From Candidatus Dormiibacterota bacterium (GTDB lineage: Bacteria > Chloroflexota > Dormibacteria > Aeolococcales > Bog-877): 64,000 bases of DNA. Shown here one piece after another: positions 27,197 through 37,433 of the stretch; position 1 is the stretch's first letter; each line of letters begins with the position of its first letter. Both the position numbers and the translations under genes were made by a program. The notes beneath the pieces are model-generated. The model was not told the DNA's origin, searched no databases, and saw nothing but the letters and a program-made list of their open reading frames with translations. The stretch lies in the NCBI GenBank assembly GCA_027319585.1, contig DAHVMY010000001.1, forward strand, positions 6,192 to 70,191, given 5' to 3'.

Positions 27197-28563
27197 TGTT
27201 CGACAGTCTGACCGATCGCCTCGGGCTGGCCTTCAAGCGGTTCACCGACAAGGGTCGGCTGACTCCGGAGGACGTCGAGGTTGGGCTCCGCGAGGTCCGC
27301 CTGGCGCTGCTCGAGGCCGACGTCAACTACCGGGTCGCGCGTGAGTTCATCGACCGGGTGCGGAGCCGGGCCGTGGGCCAGGATGTGCTGGAGAGCCTCA
27401 CCCCGGGCCAGCAGGTGATCAAGATCGTCTTCGAGGAGTTGGTCACCCTGCTGGGTGGAGAGGACCGTGGCATCGCCTACAGCCCTGAGCCGCCGACCGT
27501 CATCCTGCTGCTCGGACTCCAGGGTTCGGGCAAGACCACGACGGCGGTCAAGCTGGCCCTCCTGGTACGGCGGGCCGATCACCGTCCGGCCCTGGTGGCC
27601 GCCGACCTCCGGCGTGCGGCCGCGATCGATCAGCTGCAGACGCTGGCGGCGGAGAACCAGGTGCCGGTCGTCGTGGCCGACGAGCGTCGGGGTATCGCCC
27701 AGGGCGTGTCCACGGCGGTCGCGGAGGCACGCCGGCAGGGAGCCGATGTCGTCCTCGTCGACACCGCGGGCCGCCAGCACCTCGACTCAGAGCTGATGGA
27801 GGAGCTGCAGGCGATCCGCCAGGGCTTGCGGGTCACGCACTCTCTATTGGTGGTTGATGCGATGACCGGGCAGGAGGCGGTCAAGGTCGCGGACTCGTTC
27901 CGCGAACAGGTGGGGGTGGACGGGGTCGTGCTCACCAAGCTCGACGGGGACGCCCGCGGTGGCGCCGCGCTGTCCATGCGCGCTGCGATCGGCCTGCAGG
28001 TCTGGTACTGCGGGGTCGGGGAGCGTCCCCGCGACCTCGAGCCGTTCCACCCGGAGCGGATGGCCCGGCGCATCCTCGGCATGGGCGACGTCCTCACCCT
28101 CATCGAACGCACCCGGGACGAGTTCACCCCCGAGGAGGCGCTCTCCGCCCAAGAGCGGTTACGGCAGGGCCGCCTGACGCTGGACGACTTCGTCAGTCAA
28201 CTCCGCCAGATTCGCAAGCTCGGGCCGCTGGACTCGCTGATGGGGATGATCCCGGGCGGTCGGGAGCTGATGAAGCAGTCTGGAGCGGCCGTCCCGGACG
28301 AGGCTCAGCTGCGCAAGCTGGAGGCCATCGTCCTTTCGATGACGCCAGAGGAGCGGCGCCGCCCGGAGATCGTTGACAGCTCCAGGAGGCGGCGCATCGC
28401 CTCAGGAAGTGGAACCACGACCGTGGATGTCTCCCGGCTCATTAAGAGCTTTGGGCAGATGCAGACTGTGATGAAGAGCCTAACCGGGCAGGGGGGAAGG
28501 CGCCGGATCGCCCAGGAGCTCCTGCGCGGAGCGGGCGGCGGGATGCCGCTGCTCAAGGGTTGA
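27196..28563 (+). CDS. ffh: Signal recognition particle protein Ffh
   Basis: LLGLQGSGKTTTAVKLA, VLVDTAGRQH, Met-rich M domain. Confidence 0.95.
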   Translation: MFDSLTDRLGLAFKRFTDKGRLTPEDVEVGLREVRLALLEADVNYRVAREFIDRVRSRAVGQDVLESLTPGQQVIKIVFEELVTLLGGEDRGIAYSPEPPTVILLLGLQGSGKTTTAVKLALLVRRADHRPALVAADLRRAAAIDQLQTLAAENQVPVVVADERRGIAQGVSTAVAEARRQGADVVLVDTAGRQHLDSELMEELQAIRQGLRVTHSLLVVDAMTGQEAVKVADSFREQVGVDGVVLTKLDGDARGGAALSMRAAIGLQVWYCGVGERPRDLEPFHPERMARRILGMGDVLTLIERTRDEFTPEEALSAQERLRQGRLTLDDFVSQLRQIRKLGPLDSLMGMIPGGRELMKQSGAAVPDEAQLRKLEAIVLSMTPEERRRPEIVDSSRRRRIASGSGTTTVDVSRLIKSFGQMQTVMKSLTGQGGRRRIAQELLRGAGGGMPLLKG

Positions 28564-28613
28564 CTGGGGAGGCGTCCCGCTCCTCCCGGAGAATTTGGTA
28601 AGGAGATACACAG

Positions 28614-29045
28614 ATGGCAGTCAAGATCAGACTCAAGCGCATGGGCGCGAAGAAGCGTCCCTTCTACCGGATCGTCGTCGCTGACGCCCGGTCGCCTCGG
28701 GACGGCCGTTTCATCGAGTCGGTGGGCTACTACGACCCGTTGCGCGAGCCCAAGGTGGTCAAGCTTGAGGACGAGCGCATCCGCCACTGGATGGCGACTG
28801 GAGCCAAGCCCTCGGACGCGGTCCGGGAGCTCATGGAGCGCGCGGGAATGCTGCCCGTGACCCCGAGGCCGGCCCGCGCCGGCAAGGACCAGCCGACTCC
28901 GCAGCCCGCCGCAGCGGCGCCGGCCACCGAGCCGGAGGCAGTGAGCACCGCCGAGGGCGCGGTGGACAACGGCGAGGGCACGGAGCCGGCCGCGGCCTCG
29001 GCCGACGAGTCCGCGGTGGAGACCGGTCCCGAAGCCGAGGGTTGA
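28614..29045 (+). CDS. rpsP: 30S ribosomal protein S16 with a Pro/Ala/Glu-rich C-terminal extension
   Basis: [45 protein letters not shown]. Confidence 0.93.
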   Translation: MAVKIRLKRMGAKKRPFYRIVVADARSPRDGRFIESVGYYDPLREPKVVKLEDERIRHWMATGAKPSDAVRELMERAGMLPVTPRPARAGKDQPTPQPAAAAPATEPEAVSTAEGAVDNGEGTEPAAASADESAVETGPEAEG

Positions 29046-29048
29046 CCG

Positions 29049-29288
29049 ATGCCTGACTACGCGGAGCTGGTCCGCTACATGGTCGAGCAGATGGTGAGCG
29101 AACCCGACCAGGTGCGCGTGGGCGAGGAGCGGGATGGCCACCGGGCGCTGGTGGTGGTGGAGACCGCACCTGCCGACCTGGGCAAGGTGATCGGCAGGAA
29201 TGGCCGCCACATCGAGGCGATCCGCATGGTGGTCAGGGCCGCCTCCCTGCGCAGCCGCGATCGGGTCCAGGTCGAGGTCCGCGATTGA
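29049..29288 (+). CDS. KH-domain RNA-binding protein (YlqC family)
   Basis: GKVIGRNGRHIEAIRMV (GxxG KH motif), 79 aa, between rpsP and rimM. Confidence 0.88.
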   Translation: MPDYAELVRYMVEQMVSEPDQVRVGEERDGHRALVVVETAPADLGKVIGRNGRHIEAIRMVVRAASLRSRDRVQVEVRD

Positions 29289-29800
29289 GCGACGGTGAGG
29301 CACGGGTCCGGGTCGCCCGGGTGGTCAAGCCGCATGGGCTGGACGGCTCTCTGCTGCTGGAGATGCTGGGCGGCTCCCCAGATCGGCTCGCCCCGGGCAG
29401 TGTGGTGCTGGTGGACGGCCGGAAGTGCGAGGTGGAGGCCGCCCACCCCGCCGCCAGAGGGGTCATCTGCCGCCTCGTCCAGGTCCAGGACCTGCCGACC
29501 GCCACGCGGCTCGCCGGCCACTACTTGGAGGTCGAGCGCTCCCAGCTCAGGCCCCTCCCCGAGGGGGAGTACTTCGACTTCCAGCTGATCGGGCTGCGCG
29601 TGCTCGACCAAGCGGGGGCGGAGAGGGGCGCGGTGATCGACGTCGAGGCCTATCCCGCCCATGACGTCTACGTCCTGCGGCTGGGGGAGCGGGAGGTGCG
29701 CGTCCCGGCGGTACGGGCCGCTGTCACCGGGATCAGCCTCAGCGCCGGGACCATGACCGTCGCCGACCACTACCTGCAGGAGTGGGTGGATGCGGTTTGA
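29285..29800 (+). CDS. rimM: 16S rRNA processing protein RimM
   Basis: VARVVKPHGLDGSLLLE. TTGA overlap with the KH gene. Confidence 0.88.
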   Translation: MSDGEARVRVARVVKPHGLDGSLLLEMLGGSPDRLAPGSVVLVDGRKCEVEAAHPAARGVICRLVQVQDLPTATRLAGHYLEVERSQLRPLPEGEYFDFQLIGLRVLDQAGAERGAVIDVEAYPAHDVYVLRLGEREVRVPAVRAAVTGISLSAGTMTVADHYLQEWVDAV

Positions 29801-30566
29801 CGTCGTCACCTTGTTCCCGGAGGCCTTCCCCGGCCCGCTCGCAGTTGGCGTGGTCGGCCGTGCGCTCCAGTCCGGACGGATCGAGTTGGAGGCCCACGAT
29901 CTGCGGGACTTCGGCATCGGCCCGCGGCGCCAGGTGGACGACATCCCATTCGGCGGCGGGCCGGGCATGGTTCTGCGACCGGAGCCGCTGTTCGCGGCCG
30001 TTCGCAGCGTGGCTGACTTGCCGGGGCTGGCCGAGCCCCACATGGTGCTGCTCTCGCCGGCCGGCCGCCGGCTCGATTCCGAAATCGCCGCGGAGTTGGC
30101 GCGGCATCCCCGCCTGCTGCTGGTCTGCGGCCGCTATGAGGGGGTGGATGAGCGGGTGCGCATCGGCCTCGGTCTGGACGAGATCTCGATCGGAGACTTC
30201 GTGTTGAGTGGGGGCGAGCTGGCGGCGATGGTCCTGATCGACACCGTCGCCCGCTGGGTGCCCGGCACCCTTGGAGACCCGACGTCCCTGCTCGACGAGA
30301 GCTTCGCGGAGGGGCTGGTCGAGTATCCTCACTACACTCGACCCGCAGTCTTCGAGAGCCTTGAGGTGCCTGCGGTGCTGAGGAGCGGCGATCATGCGAA
30401 GATCGCCGCTTGGAGGGCCGAGGCGGCGCGGCAGCGTGCTTCCCGGCTCCGCCCGGACCTGCTGGCCCCAGCTCGGGGGCCTGCTCACATGCATTCGGAA
30501 CCCAGCGACAACCGGTCCCGGCCAGAGCCGGTTCCGGCACAGGAGGCCAGCCATGAACATCATTGA
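29790..30566 (+). CDS. trmD: tRNA (guanine37-N1)-methyltransferase
   Basis: [13 protein letters not shown] and [18 protein letters not shown]. Confidence 0.93.
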   Translation: MRFDVVTLFPEAFPGPLAVGVVGRALQSGRIELEAHDLRDFGIGPRRQVDDIPFGGGPGMVLRPEPLFAAVRSVADLPGLAEPHMVLLSPAGRRLDSEIAAELARHPRLLLVCGRYEGVDERVRIGLGLDEISIGDFVLSGGELAAMVLIDTVARWVPGTLGDPTSLLDESFAEGLVEYPHYTRPAVFESLEVPAVLRSGDHAKIAAWRAEAARQRASRLRPDLLAPARGPAHMHSEPSDNRSRPEPVPAQEASHEHH

Positions 30567-31008
30567 TCTCCTCGAGGAGGAGCAGCTGCGTGAGGACGTG
30601 CCCGAACTCCGGCCCGGCGACACCGTGCGGGTGCACGCCAAGGTGGTGGAGGGCACCAGGGAGCGGATCCAGGTCTTCGAGGGGATCGTCATCGCCCTCC
30701 AGAGCGGCGGGGTGCGGGAGTCGGTGACGGTGCGGCGCACCGCTCACGGCGTGGGCGTCGAGCGCACCTTCCTGATCCATTCCCCGCGGCTGGCCCAGAT
30801 CGAGGTCGTCCGCCATGGGCGGGTCCGGCGGGCCAAGCTGTACTACCTGAGGGGCAAGGTCGGCAAGCGGGCCAAGATCCGTGAGCGCCGTGAGGTCGCG
30901 CCGCGGGCGGTGGTCGCCCCGGTCGTCGAGGCCGAGTTGCCGGAGGCCCCGGCGGAGGTGGCGGCGCCGCGGCGCCGCTCGCTCCGGGCGCGTGCCAAGG
31001 CGGACTGA
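30553..31008 (+). CDS. rplS: 50S ribosomal protein L19 with a C-terminal extension
   Basis: [12 protein letters not shown]...[39 protein letters not shown]. In the frame of ORF 30394. Confidence 0.93.
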   Translation: MNIIDLLEEEQLREDVPELRPGDTVRVHAKVVEGTRERIQVFEGIVIALQSGGVRESVTVRRTAHGVGVERTFLIHSPRLAQIEVVRHGRVRRAKLYYLRGKVGKRAKIRERREVAPRAVVAPVVEAELPEAPAEVAAPRRRSLRARAKAD

Positions 31009-31075
31009 CGACCGGTGCGGTTGCGAACGGCATTGCGGCTCACTGCGGCTTCACCCGACTCCATAGACTGATCCG

Positions 31076-32215
31076 GTGGCAGAGACGATGAACCGCGTCC
31101 TGGTGGTCTCCCGGCAGGCGACCAGATCACACCAGTTGGCCCAGGCGCTGGAGTCGCACGGCCTTGAGATGGTCGGCTTCGACGGCAGCGCGCACGCATT
31201 GGCGAGCCTCGATCACACGGACGCCCAGCTGGTCCTGATCGAGGTCCGCGGCGACGACCCCGACCTTGTCCCTCTGATCCGCCAGATCCGTTCGAGCATC
31301 TCCCATGCGGCGATCCCGATCGTCCTGGTCGCGTCCGACCACCGCTCTCCGCTGGTGGCTGCCGCCATGGACGCCGGAGCCAGCGAGCGGGTCCTCCCCA
31401 ACCTGCCGGCCGACGAGCTGGCTCAGCTTATGCAGTCCCGCATCGCTGGAGCTGCGGCGCCGGCTCGGCCGACCAAGGGACAGGGTGAGCTGTGGGTGGT
31501 CTGCGGGCCCCGGGGCGGAGTGGGCCGAACCCTGATCGCGACCAACCTGGCGGCCCTGGCCGCGGAGAGCTACCGGGTGGCCCTGGTGGACAACGTCCCC
31601 CGCTTCGGATCCGCCCTGGTCGCCTTCAACCTGCCACCGCAGACACCGACCTGGGTCGAGTTGGCGGCGGTCGGACCCGACGAGGAGATCTTCGACCGGC
31701 TGCCGCGACATCCCAGTGGGGTGTCGGTCCTGCCGGCTCCAGCCCGCCCCGAGCTGGCCGACTCGGTTTCGCCGGCGGCCGTGAACGCCATGATCCTGCG
31801 GCTGACCCATTCCGCCGAGCTGGTGGTGGTGGACCAGGGCGGCCGCCTCGACAACGGCGGCATCGACATGCTCGAGAGCGCGGACCACATGCTGGTGGTG
31901 GGCACGCCCGACAATCCCGGTGTCTACTCAGTGCTGGCCTGGCTGCGCATCTGCGACCAGCTGAAGATCCCCCGGAGCCGGGTCGCGGTGATCCTCAACA
32001 GCCAGCTGCCATATCACCAGATCGATGCCGCCCGGGTCGCCAGGATCCTGGAGCAGGAGGTGCTGGCGGTTCCGAACATGGGGATCGATGGGGTGCGCTC
32101 CATGAGCGCGGGCGAGCCGCTGGCCTGGAGACATCCGAGCCATCGCTGGGTGAAGTCCCTCAAGGGCACCATGGCGGAGATCTCCCCTCTGCTGGCCACC
32201 AAGCTGAGGCGCTGA
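31076..32215 (+). CDS. Receiver-like domain fused to a ParA/MinD-like (CpaE/TadZ-like) P-loop domain; both domains are degenerate
   Basis: N-terminus is CheY-like (RVLVVSRQ...AQLVLIEVRGDD...IVLVAS...). C-terminus is VVCGPRGGVGRTLIATNLAALAAE ... RVALVD ... LVVVD. Confidence 0.75.
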   Translation: MAETMNRVLVVSRQATRSHQLAQALESHGLEMVGFDGSAHALASLDHTDAQLVLIEVRGDDPDLVPLIRQIRSSISHAAIPIVLVASDHRSPLVAAAMDAGASERVLPNLPADELAQLMQSRIAGAAAPARPTKGQGELWVVCGPRGGVGRTLIATNLAALAAESYRVALVDNVPRFGSALVAFNLPPQTPTWVELAAVGPDEEIFDRLPRHPSGVSVLPAPARPELADSVSPAAVNAMILRLTHSAELVVVDQGGRLDNGGIDMLESADHMLVVGTPDNPGVYSVLAWLRICDQLKIPRSRVAVILNSQLPYHQIDAARVARILEQEVLAVPNMGIDGVRSMSAGEPLAWRHPSHRWVKSLKGTMAEISPLLATKLRR

Positions 32216-32226
32216 GCCAGCCCCGC

Positions 32227-33006
32227 TCAGCTCTGGCCGGTGGGCTCCTTGCCCTCGGGCCAGTACTGTTCCTCGACGATCTCGGAGTCGTCGAGTCCGC
32301 TCCGCCTCATGATGGACCGCGCGGTCGCGATCATGCCGGGGTGCCCGCACAGGTACACCATCCCCTGCCCGGGGAGGATGGGAAAGCGGTCAGCGTGCTT
32401 GCGCAGCACGTCCTCGGCCCGGCCGGTCTCGCCCCGCCACTGGGGGTCCGCCCACGGGCGGCTCACGGTGGGAACGTACTCGAACCAGGTGCAGCGCTCG
32501 GCGAGCGCCGCCATCTCACTTCGATACCCGAACTCCTCGGAGAGGCTCGCGCCCTGGAGCAGCACCACCCGCGGAGGCGGGTCGGCGGAGGTCGACGAAT
32601 GCTCGAGATGCCTCAGCATGCTGGCGAAGGGAGCGACTCCGGTGACGGTGGCGACGAACATGTGGACCTTGTCCGGGTCGAGGCCATGGCGCATGAAGAG
32701 CCCCTTGGGGCGCCGGCGCATGAGCAGGGTCCGGCCCACCCCGAGGTCGAAGAGGTGTGGGGTCAGGGCCCCGTTGGGGATGCGCTCGATGAAGAACTCC
32801 AGCAGCGGCTCCTCGGGCGCGGAGACGATCGAGTACGGACGCTCCAGCACCCGCCCCGCGAGCTCGATCCCCAGGGTGGCGTACTGCCCCGCCCGAAAGG
32901 AGAACTCGCTCTCCGGGCGGACCCTGATCGCCCACAGGTCGGGCGCGAAGTCACGGCGCTCGACGATCTCGCAACACTCGTACTTCTCGCTGATAGAGTT
33001 CGGCAA
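32227..33006 (-). CDS. Ferredoxin-NADP+ reductase-type flavoprotein
   Basis: RAGQYATLGIE and ERPYSIVSAP (RxYS FAD-binding motif) plus a C-terminal NAD(P)-binding domain. Confidence 0.85.
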   Translation of the reverse strand: MPNSISEKYECCEIVERRDFAPDLWAIRVRPESEFSFRAGQYATLGIELAGRVLERPYSIVSAPEEPLLEFFIERIPNGALTPHLFDLGVGRTLLMRRRPKGLFMRHGLDPDKVHMFVATVTGVAPFASMLRHLEHSSTSADPPPRVVLLQGASLSEEFGYRSEMAALAERCTWFEYVPTVSRPWADPQWRGETGRAEDVLRKHADRFPILPGQGMVYLCGHPGMIATARSIMRRSGLDDSEIVEEQYWPEGKEPTGQS

Positions 33007-33107
33007 TCTCGAGGGCTCCTCTGACGATCACTCCGGAAGGGCCAGTGTATCGGCCGTTGTCACCGCCGCCGGCGCGGATTGATCGGAGGGCGGTTCGGGA
33101 AGCCTCT

Positions 33108-33116
33108 TGTTAGAAT
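33108..33116 (+). promoter_or_regulatory. Possible extended -10 promoter element (TGtTAGAAT) for topA
   Basis: cttGTTAGAATcgcc sits in an AT-richer patch 46 nt upstream of the topA ATG. I found no convincing -35. Confidence 0.35.
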
Positions 33117-33161
33117 CGCCAGGCTTTCACCTCGCCAACCAGGAGCGGTACCCCAAAACTC

Positions 33162-35399
33162 ATGCCAACTCGCAACCTGATCATCGTGGAGTCGCCCAGC
33201 AAGGCGAGAACCCTAACCAAGTTCCTGGGTGACCAGTACGAGGTGCGGGCATCCATGGGCCATGTGGTCGACCTGCCCCGCTCCAAGCTGGGAATCGACG
33301 TGGACGCCGACTTCGCCCCGGACTACACCGTGATCAAGGGCAAGGAGAAGCAGCTCAGTGAGCTGAAGTCGGCTGCCCGGAAGTCGTCCAGCGTTCTGCT
33401 GGCCGCGGACCCTGACCGGGAGGGAGAGGCGATCGCCTGGCATATTGCCAACCAGCTCAAACTCAAGCAACCCCAGCGCATCGTCTTCAGGGAGGTGACC
33501 AAGCCCGCCGTGGAGGCCGCCCTGGAGCAACCCCGCCCCATCGACCAGAACCTGGTGGACGCCTACCAGGCGCGCCGCGCCATCGACCGCCTGCTCGGCT
33601 ACAAGCTGAGCCCGCTCTTGTGGCGCAAGATCCGCAAGGGTCTTTCCGCCGGGCGGGTGCAGTCGGTGGCTCTGCGCTTGGTCTGTGACCGCGAGGCTGA
33701 GATCGAGCGATTTGTGCCCACCGAGAGCTGGAGTCTGGACGCGGTGCTGGCGACGGCGGCAGGCGCCGAGGTCAGGGCCCGCTACCAGGGTCCGGCGACA
33801 GGCAGGTCCGCGGCGCGCCGGGGCCGGGCCAAGGAGGCCGACGACGTGGTGGCGCTGCCCGACGAGGCGGCGGCCCGGCGGGTGATCGCGGAAGTTGATG
33901 GAGCCGAGTTCAGAGTCGCCGGGGTGGAGCGCAGGCAGGTGCGCCGCAATCCGCCCCAGCCCTACATCACCAGCACGCTCCAGCAGGACGCCTCGGCGCA
34001 GCTGCGGTTCAGCCCCACCAAGACGATGCGGATCGCTCAGCAGCTCTACGAGGGGGTCGAGCTGGGAGCGGAGGGTCCGGCCGGCCTCATCACCTACATG
34101 CGCACCGACTCCGCCCGGCTCAGCCCGCTGGCGGTCGAGCAGGCCCGGGCGTACATCCAGGAGAGCTTCGGCAAGCAGTACCTGGGGTCGGTGGGTGGAA
34201 CCAGGAGGACCGCCAAGGCTCCGGTCGCGACCCAGGACGCCCACGAGGCAATCCGGCCCACCCTGGCTGACCGCACCCCCGAGACCGTGGCGCACTTCCT
34301 GAGCTCCGACCAGCTCAAGCTGTACCGTCTGATCTGGAGGCGGTTCACCGCCAGCCAGATGAGTCCGGCGCTGTTCGATGCCACCAGGGTCGATATCGAC
34401 GCTGCCGGACATCGCTTCCGGGTGACCGGGAGCAGGATGGCCTTCGACGGGTTCTTGAAGGTGGCGGCCAGCGAGGAACGCCAGGACGAGCTCCTGCCGG
34501 AACTCGCCCAGGGGGACACCCTCAACTGTCTGGAGCTGATCCCGGAGCAGCATTTCACCCAGCCTCCACCACGCTTCACGGAGGCCAGTTTGGTCAAGGA
34601 GCTCGAGGAGCGCGGCATCGGCCGTCCCAGCACCTACGCCCCCACGGTCGAGGTGATCCAGACCAGAGGCTACGTCCGCCAGCAGGAGCGGCGGCTGCAA
34701 CCGTCGCCGCTCGGACGCGCGGTCAACGAGGCCCTGACCGCGCAGTTCCCGGCGGTGGTTGACTTCGGGTTCACCGCCGAGCTCGAGGGAAAGCTGGACG
34801 GCATCGAGACTGGAGAGACCGCATGGGTGCCGGTGGTGCGCGACTGGTATCAGCCCTTCGCCAGGGTCCTCGAGCAGGCCCAGGAGACGATGCCCAGGGT
34901 GAAGGTCCAGGTCCAGAAGGCCGATGGCGAGTGCCCCAAATGCGGGGCTGAGCTGGTGATCCGCAGTGGGCGGTTCGGCGACTTTGTCGGCTGCAGCCGA
35001 TATCCCGAGTGCGATTACATCCAGGGGCGAGAGGAGCGGGCCAAGGCCGAGGAGATCGGTGAGGCGTGTCCCCAGTGCGGCAAGCCCCTGGTCCGCCGGA
35101 CCGGGAGGCGCGGGCCCTTCATCGGTTGTTCGGGGTATCCCAAGTGCCGCTATGTGCGGCCCGAGGCGGGCGCCGATGGCACACCGGCCCCCGCTCGTCC
35201 GGCGGCGGAGGTGACCGGCGAGAAGTGTCCGGAGTGTGGCCGCGACCTGGTCAAGCGGGTGGGGCGGTTCGGGCCATTCATCGCCTGCTCCGGATACCCC
35301 AAGTGCCGGTACCGGCCCCCCAAGGTGGCTGCCCAGCCGGAGGCGGCCAAGCCAAGGGCCAAATCGAGGCCAGCCAAGGAGCCCGAGCCGGTGGGCTGA
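33162..35399 (+). CDS. topA: DNA topoisomerase I
   Basis: LIIVESPSKARTLTKFLG (Toprim) and three C-terminal CxxC...CxxxxxC zinc-ribbon repeats (CPKCGAEL..., CPQCGKPL..., CPECGRDL...). Confidence 0.95.
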   Translation: MPTRNLIIVESPSKARTLTKFLGDQYEVRASMGHVVDLPRSKLGIDVDADFAPDYTVIKGKEKQLSELKSAARKSSSVLLAADPDREGEAIAWHIANQLKLKQPQRIVFREVTKPAVEAALEQPRPIDQNLVDAYQARRAIDRLLGYKLSPLLWRKIRKGLSAGRVQSVALRLVCDREAEIERFVPTESWSLDAVLATAAGAEVRARYQGPATGRSAARRGRAKEADDVVALPDEAAARRVIAEVDGAEFRVAGVERRQVRRNPPQPYITSTLQQDASAQLRFSPTKTMRIAQQLYEGVELGAEGPAGLITYMRTDSARLSPLAVEQARAYIQESFGKQYLGSVGGTRRTAKAPVATQDAHEAIRPTLADRTPETVAHFLSSDQLKLYRLIWRRFTASQMSPALFDATRVDIDAAGHRFRVTGSRMAFDGFLKVAASEERQDELLPELAQGDTLNCLELIPEQHFTQPPPRFTEASLVKELEERGIGRPSTYAPTVEVIQTRGYVRQQERRLQPSPLGRAVNEALTAQFPAVVDFGFTAELEGKLDGIETGETAWVPVVRDWYQPFARVLEQAQETMPRVKVQVQKADGECPKCGAELVIRSGRFGDFVGCSRYPECDYIQGREERAKAEEIGEACPQCGKPLVRRTGRRGPFIGCSGYPKCRYVRPEAGADGTPAPARPAAEVTGEKCPECGRDLVKRVGRFGPFIACSGYPKCRYRPPKVAAQPEAAKPRAKSRPAKEPEPVG

Positions 35400-35459
35400 C
35401 CGCGGGGCGGTTTCCAGGTAGCTCGGTAGAATTTGAGGCACGTGGTATCGCAGTCGGAC

Positions 35460-36023
35460 ATGACCCCGCACGCGACCACCATCCTGGCGGTCCAGCGTGG
35501 CAACGAGATCGCGGTCGCCGGCGATGGGCAGGTGACCGTCGGCGATGTGGTGATGAAGCATCGTGCCCGCAAGGTCCGCCGGCTCCACCAGGATCAGGTG
35601 GTGGTCGGGTTCGCCGGCTCGGTGGCCGACGCCTTCACCCTGTTCGACAAGTTCGAGCGTCAGCTGGACCAGCACCAGGGCAACCTCCTGCGCGCGGCGG
35701 TTGAGCTCAGCAAGGAATGGCGGACCGACCGCTACCTCCGCCATCTGGACGCGATGCTGGTGGTCGCGGGTCAGGACCAGCTGCTGCTGCTGAGCGGGGA
35801 CGGGGACGTCATCGAGCCGGATGACGGCATCGGGGCGATTGGGAGCGGCGGGCCGTATGCCCACGCGGCGGCCAAGGCTCTGATCCTGCACACAGACCTG
35901 CCGGCGGCGGTGGTCGCCCGACGGGCCCTGGAGATTGCCGCTTCGATCTGCATCTACACCAACTCGGAGATCTCGGTGGAGAGCCTTACCTCGACCAGGG
36001 GAGAGGAAAGTGCCGGAGGTTGA
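35460..36023 (+). CDS. hslV: ATP-dependent protease subunit HslV
   Basis: [26 protein letters not shown] (N-terminal Thr nucleophile). In the frame of ORF 35433. Confidence 0.92.
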   Translation: MTPHATTILAVQRGNEIAVAGDGQVTVGDVVMKHRARKVRRLHQDQVVVGFAGSVADAFTLFDKFERQLDQHQGNLLRAAVELSKEWRTDRYLRHLDAMLVVAGQDQLLLLSGDGDVIEPDDGIGAIGSGGPYAHAAAKALILHTDLPAAVVARRALEIAASICIYTNSEISVESLTSTRGEESAGG

Positions 36024-37413
36024 TCTGCGGCCGCACGAGATCGTAAGCGCGCTGGACTCCTACATCGTGGGCCAGGGCGAGGCCAAGCGGGCGATGGCGA
36101 TCGCGCTGCGCAACCGCATGCGGAGGATGCAGCTCGACGCCGAGCTGCGGCGCGACATCGTGCCCAGCAACATCCTCCTGATCGGGCCCACGGGGGTGGG
36201 CAAGACCGAGATCGCCCGGCGACTGGCGCAGCTCACCAACTCCCCGTTCATCAAGGTTGAGGCCACCAAGTTCACCGAGGTCGGTTACGTCGGCCGGGAT
36301 GTGGAGGCGATCATCCGCGACCTGGTGGAGCAGACCGTGGCTCGGGTGCAGAACCGGCGGGTGGCCGAGGTGGAGCCGGAGGCCACCAAGCTCGCCGACC
36401 AGCGCATCGTGGACCGCCTCTTGGAGGTGGACGCGGGCCCGGACGGGGCTGCCGAGTCTCCTGAGGGCGCCTCAGAGCCCAAGCAGGAGCCGCCGGACGA
36501 GGCCGGCCGGCGGCTGGCCGCCCGCCGGCGCCAGGCCCGGCGACGTCAGCTGGTGCGCAAGCTGGCGGCCCGGCAGCTCGACGATCGCCAGATCGACATC
36601 GAGGTGGAGGAGTCCTACGCAGCGCCGGTCGAGGTCTTCTCCGGGACGGGATATGAGGAGATCGGCTGGTCCCTGTCAGATTTCTTCAGCCAGCTGGCTC
36701 CGCCGCGCCGTCGCTTGCGGCGGATGAGCGTGGCGGACGCTCGGCGAGCGCTCATTCAGGAGGAGACCGAGCGACTGGTCGATCTGGACCGGGTCTATGA
36801 CGACTCCATCCACATGGTGGAGGAGAACGGCATCGTCTTCATCGACGAGGTGGACAAGATAGCCGGTCCCTCGGTGGAGGCCCACGGCCCCGATGTCAGC
36901 GGTGCCGGGGTGCAGCGGGACCTGCTGCCAATCATCGAGGGGTCGACCGTGAGCACTCGATACGGGCCGGTGGGGACCGAGCACATCCTCTTCGTCGCTG
37001 CGGGCGCGTTCAGCTCAAGCAAGCCCTCGGACCTGATCCCCGAGTTTCAGGGGAGGTTCCCGATCCGGGTCGAGCTGAAGTCGCTGGATGAGGCCGACCT
37101 GCGCAGGATCCTGGTCGAGCCCAGCAACTCCCTGACCAAGCAGTATCGGGCACTGCTGAGCACCGAGGAGGTGGAGCTGGACTTCGCTGAGGACGGGGTG
37201 GAGGAGGTGGCGCACCAGGCCTTCCTGGTGAACGAGCGTGACGAGAACATCGGCGCCCGCCGGCTCTTCACTGTCATGGAGAGGGTGCTCCAGGAGGTGT
37301 CCTTCGCCGCCGACCAGTTCCGGGGTCAGCGTGTCCGGGTGGACCGGGAGTTCGTGAGGACCAGGCTGGGCGATCTGGTCCGGGACGAGGACCTGCGCCG
37401 CTACGTGCTCTGA
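36010..37413 (+). CDS. hslU: ATP-dependent protease ATPase subunit HslU
   Basis: [21 protein letters not shown] and [21 protein letters not shown] 36010 overlaps the hslV end by 14 nt. Confidence 0.92.
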   Translation: MPEVDLRPHEIVSALDSYIVGQGEAKRAMAIALRNRMRRMQLDAELRRDIVPSNILLIGPTGVGKTEIARRLAQLTNSPFIKVEATKFTEVGYVGRDVEAIIRDLVEQTVARVQNRRVAEVEPEATKLADQRIVDRLLEVDAGPDGAAESPEGASEPKQEPPDEAGRRLAARRRQARRRQLVRKLAARQLDDRQIDIEVEESYAAPVEVFSGTGYEEIGWSLSDFFSQLAPPRRRLRRMSVADARRALIQEETERLVDLDRVYDDSIHMVEENGIVFIDEVDKIAGPSVEAHGPDVSGAGVQRDLLPIIEGSTVSTRYGPVGTEHILFVAAGAFSSSKPSDLIPEFQGRFPIRVELKSLDEADLRRILVEPSNSLTKQYRALLSTEEVELDFAEDGVEEVAHQAFLVNERDENIGARRLFTVMERVLQEVSFAADQFRGQRVRVDREFVRTRLGDLVRDEDLRRYVL

Positions 37414-37433
37414 GGCTGCTTCGGGGCCGTTCG

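Noticed and set aside
33213-35891. 892-aa ORF antisense to topA and hslV
   Set aside because: Same reasoning. It mirrors two well-supported genes and has nonsense composition.
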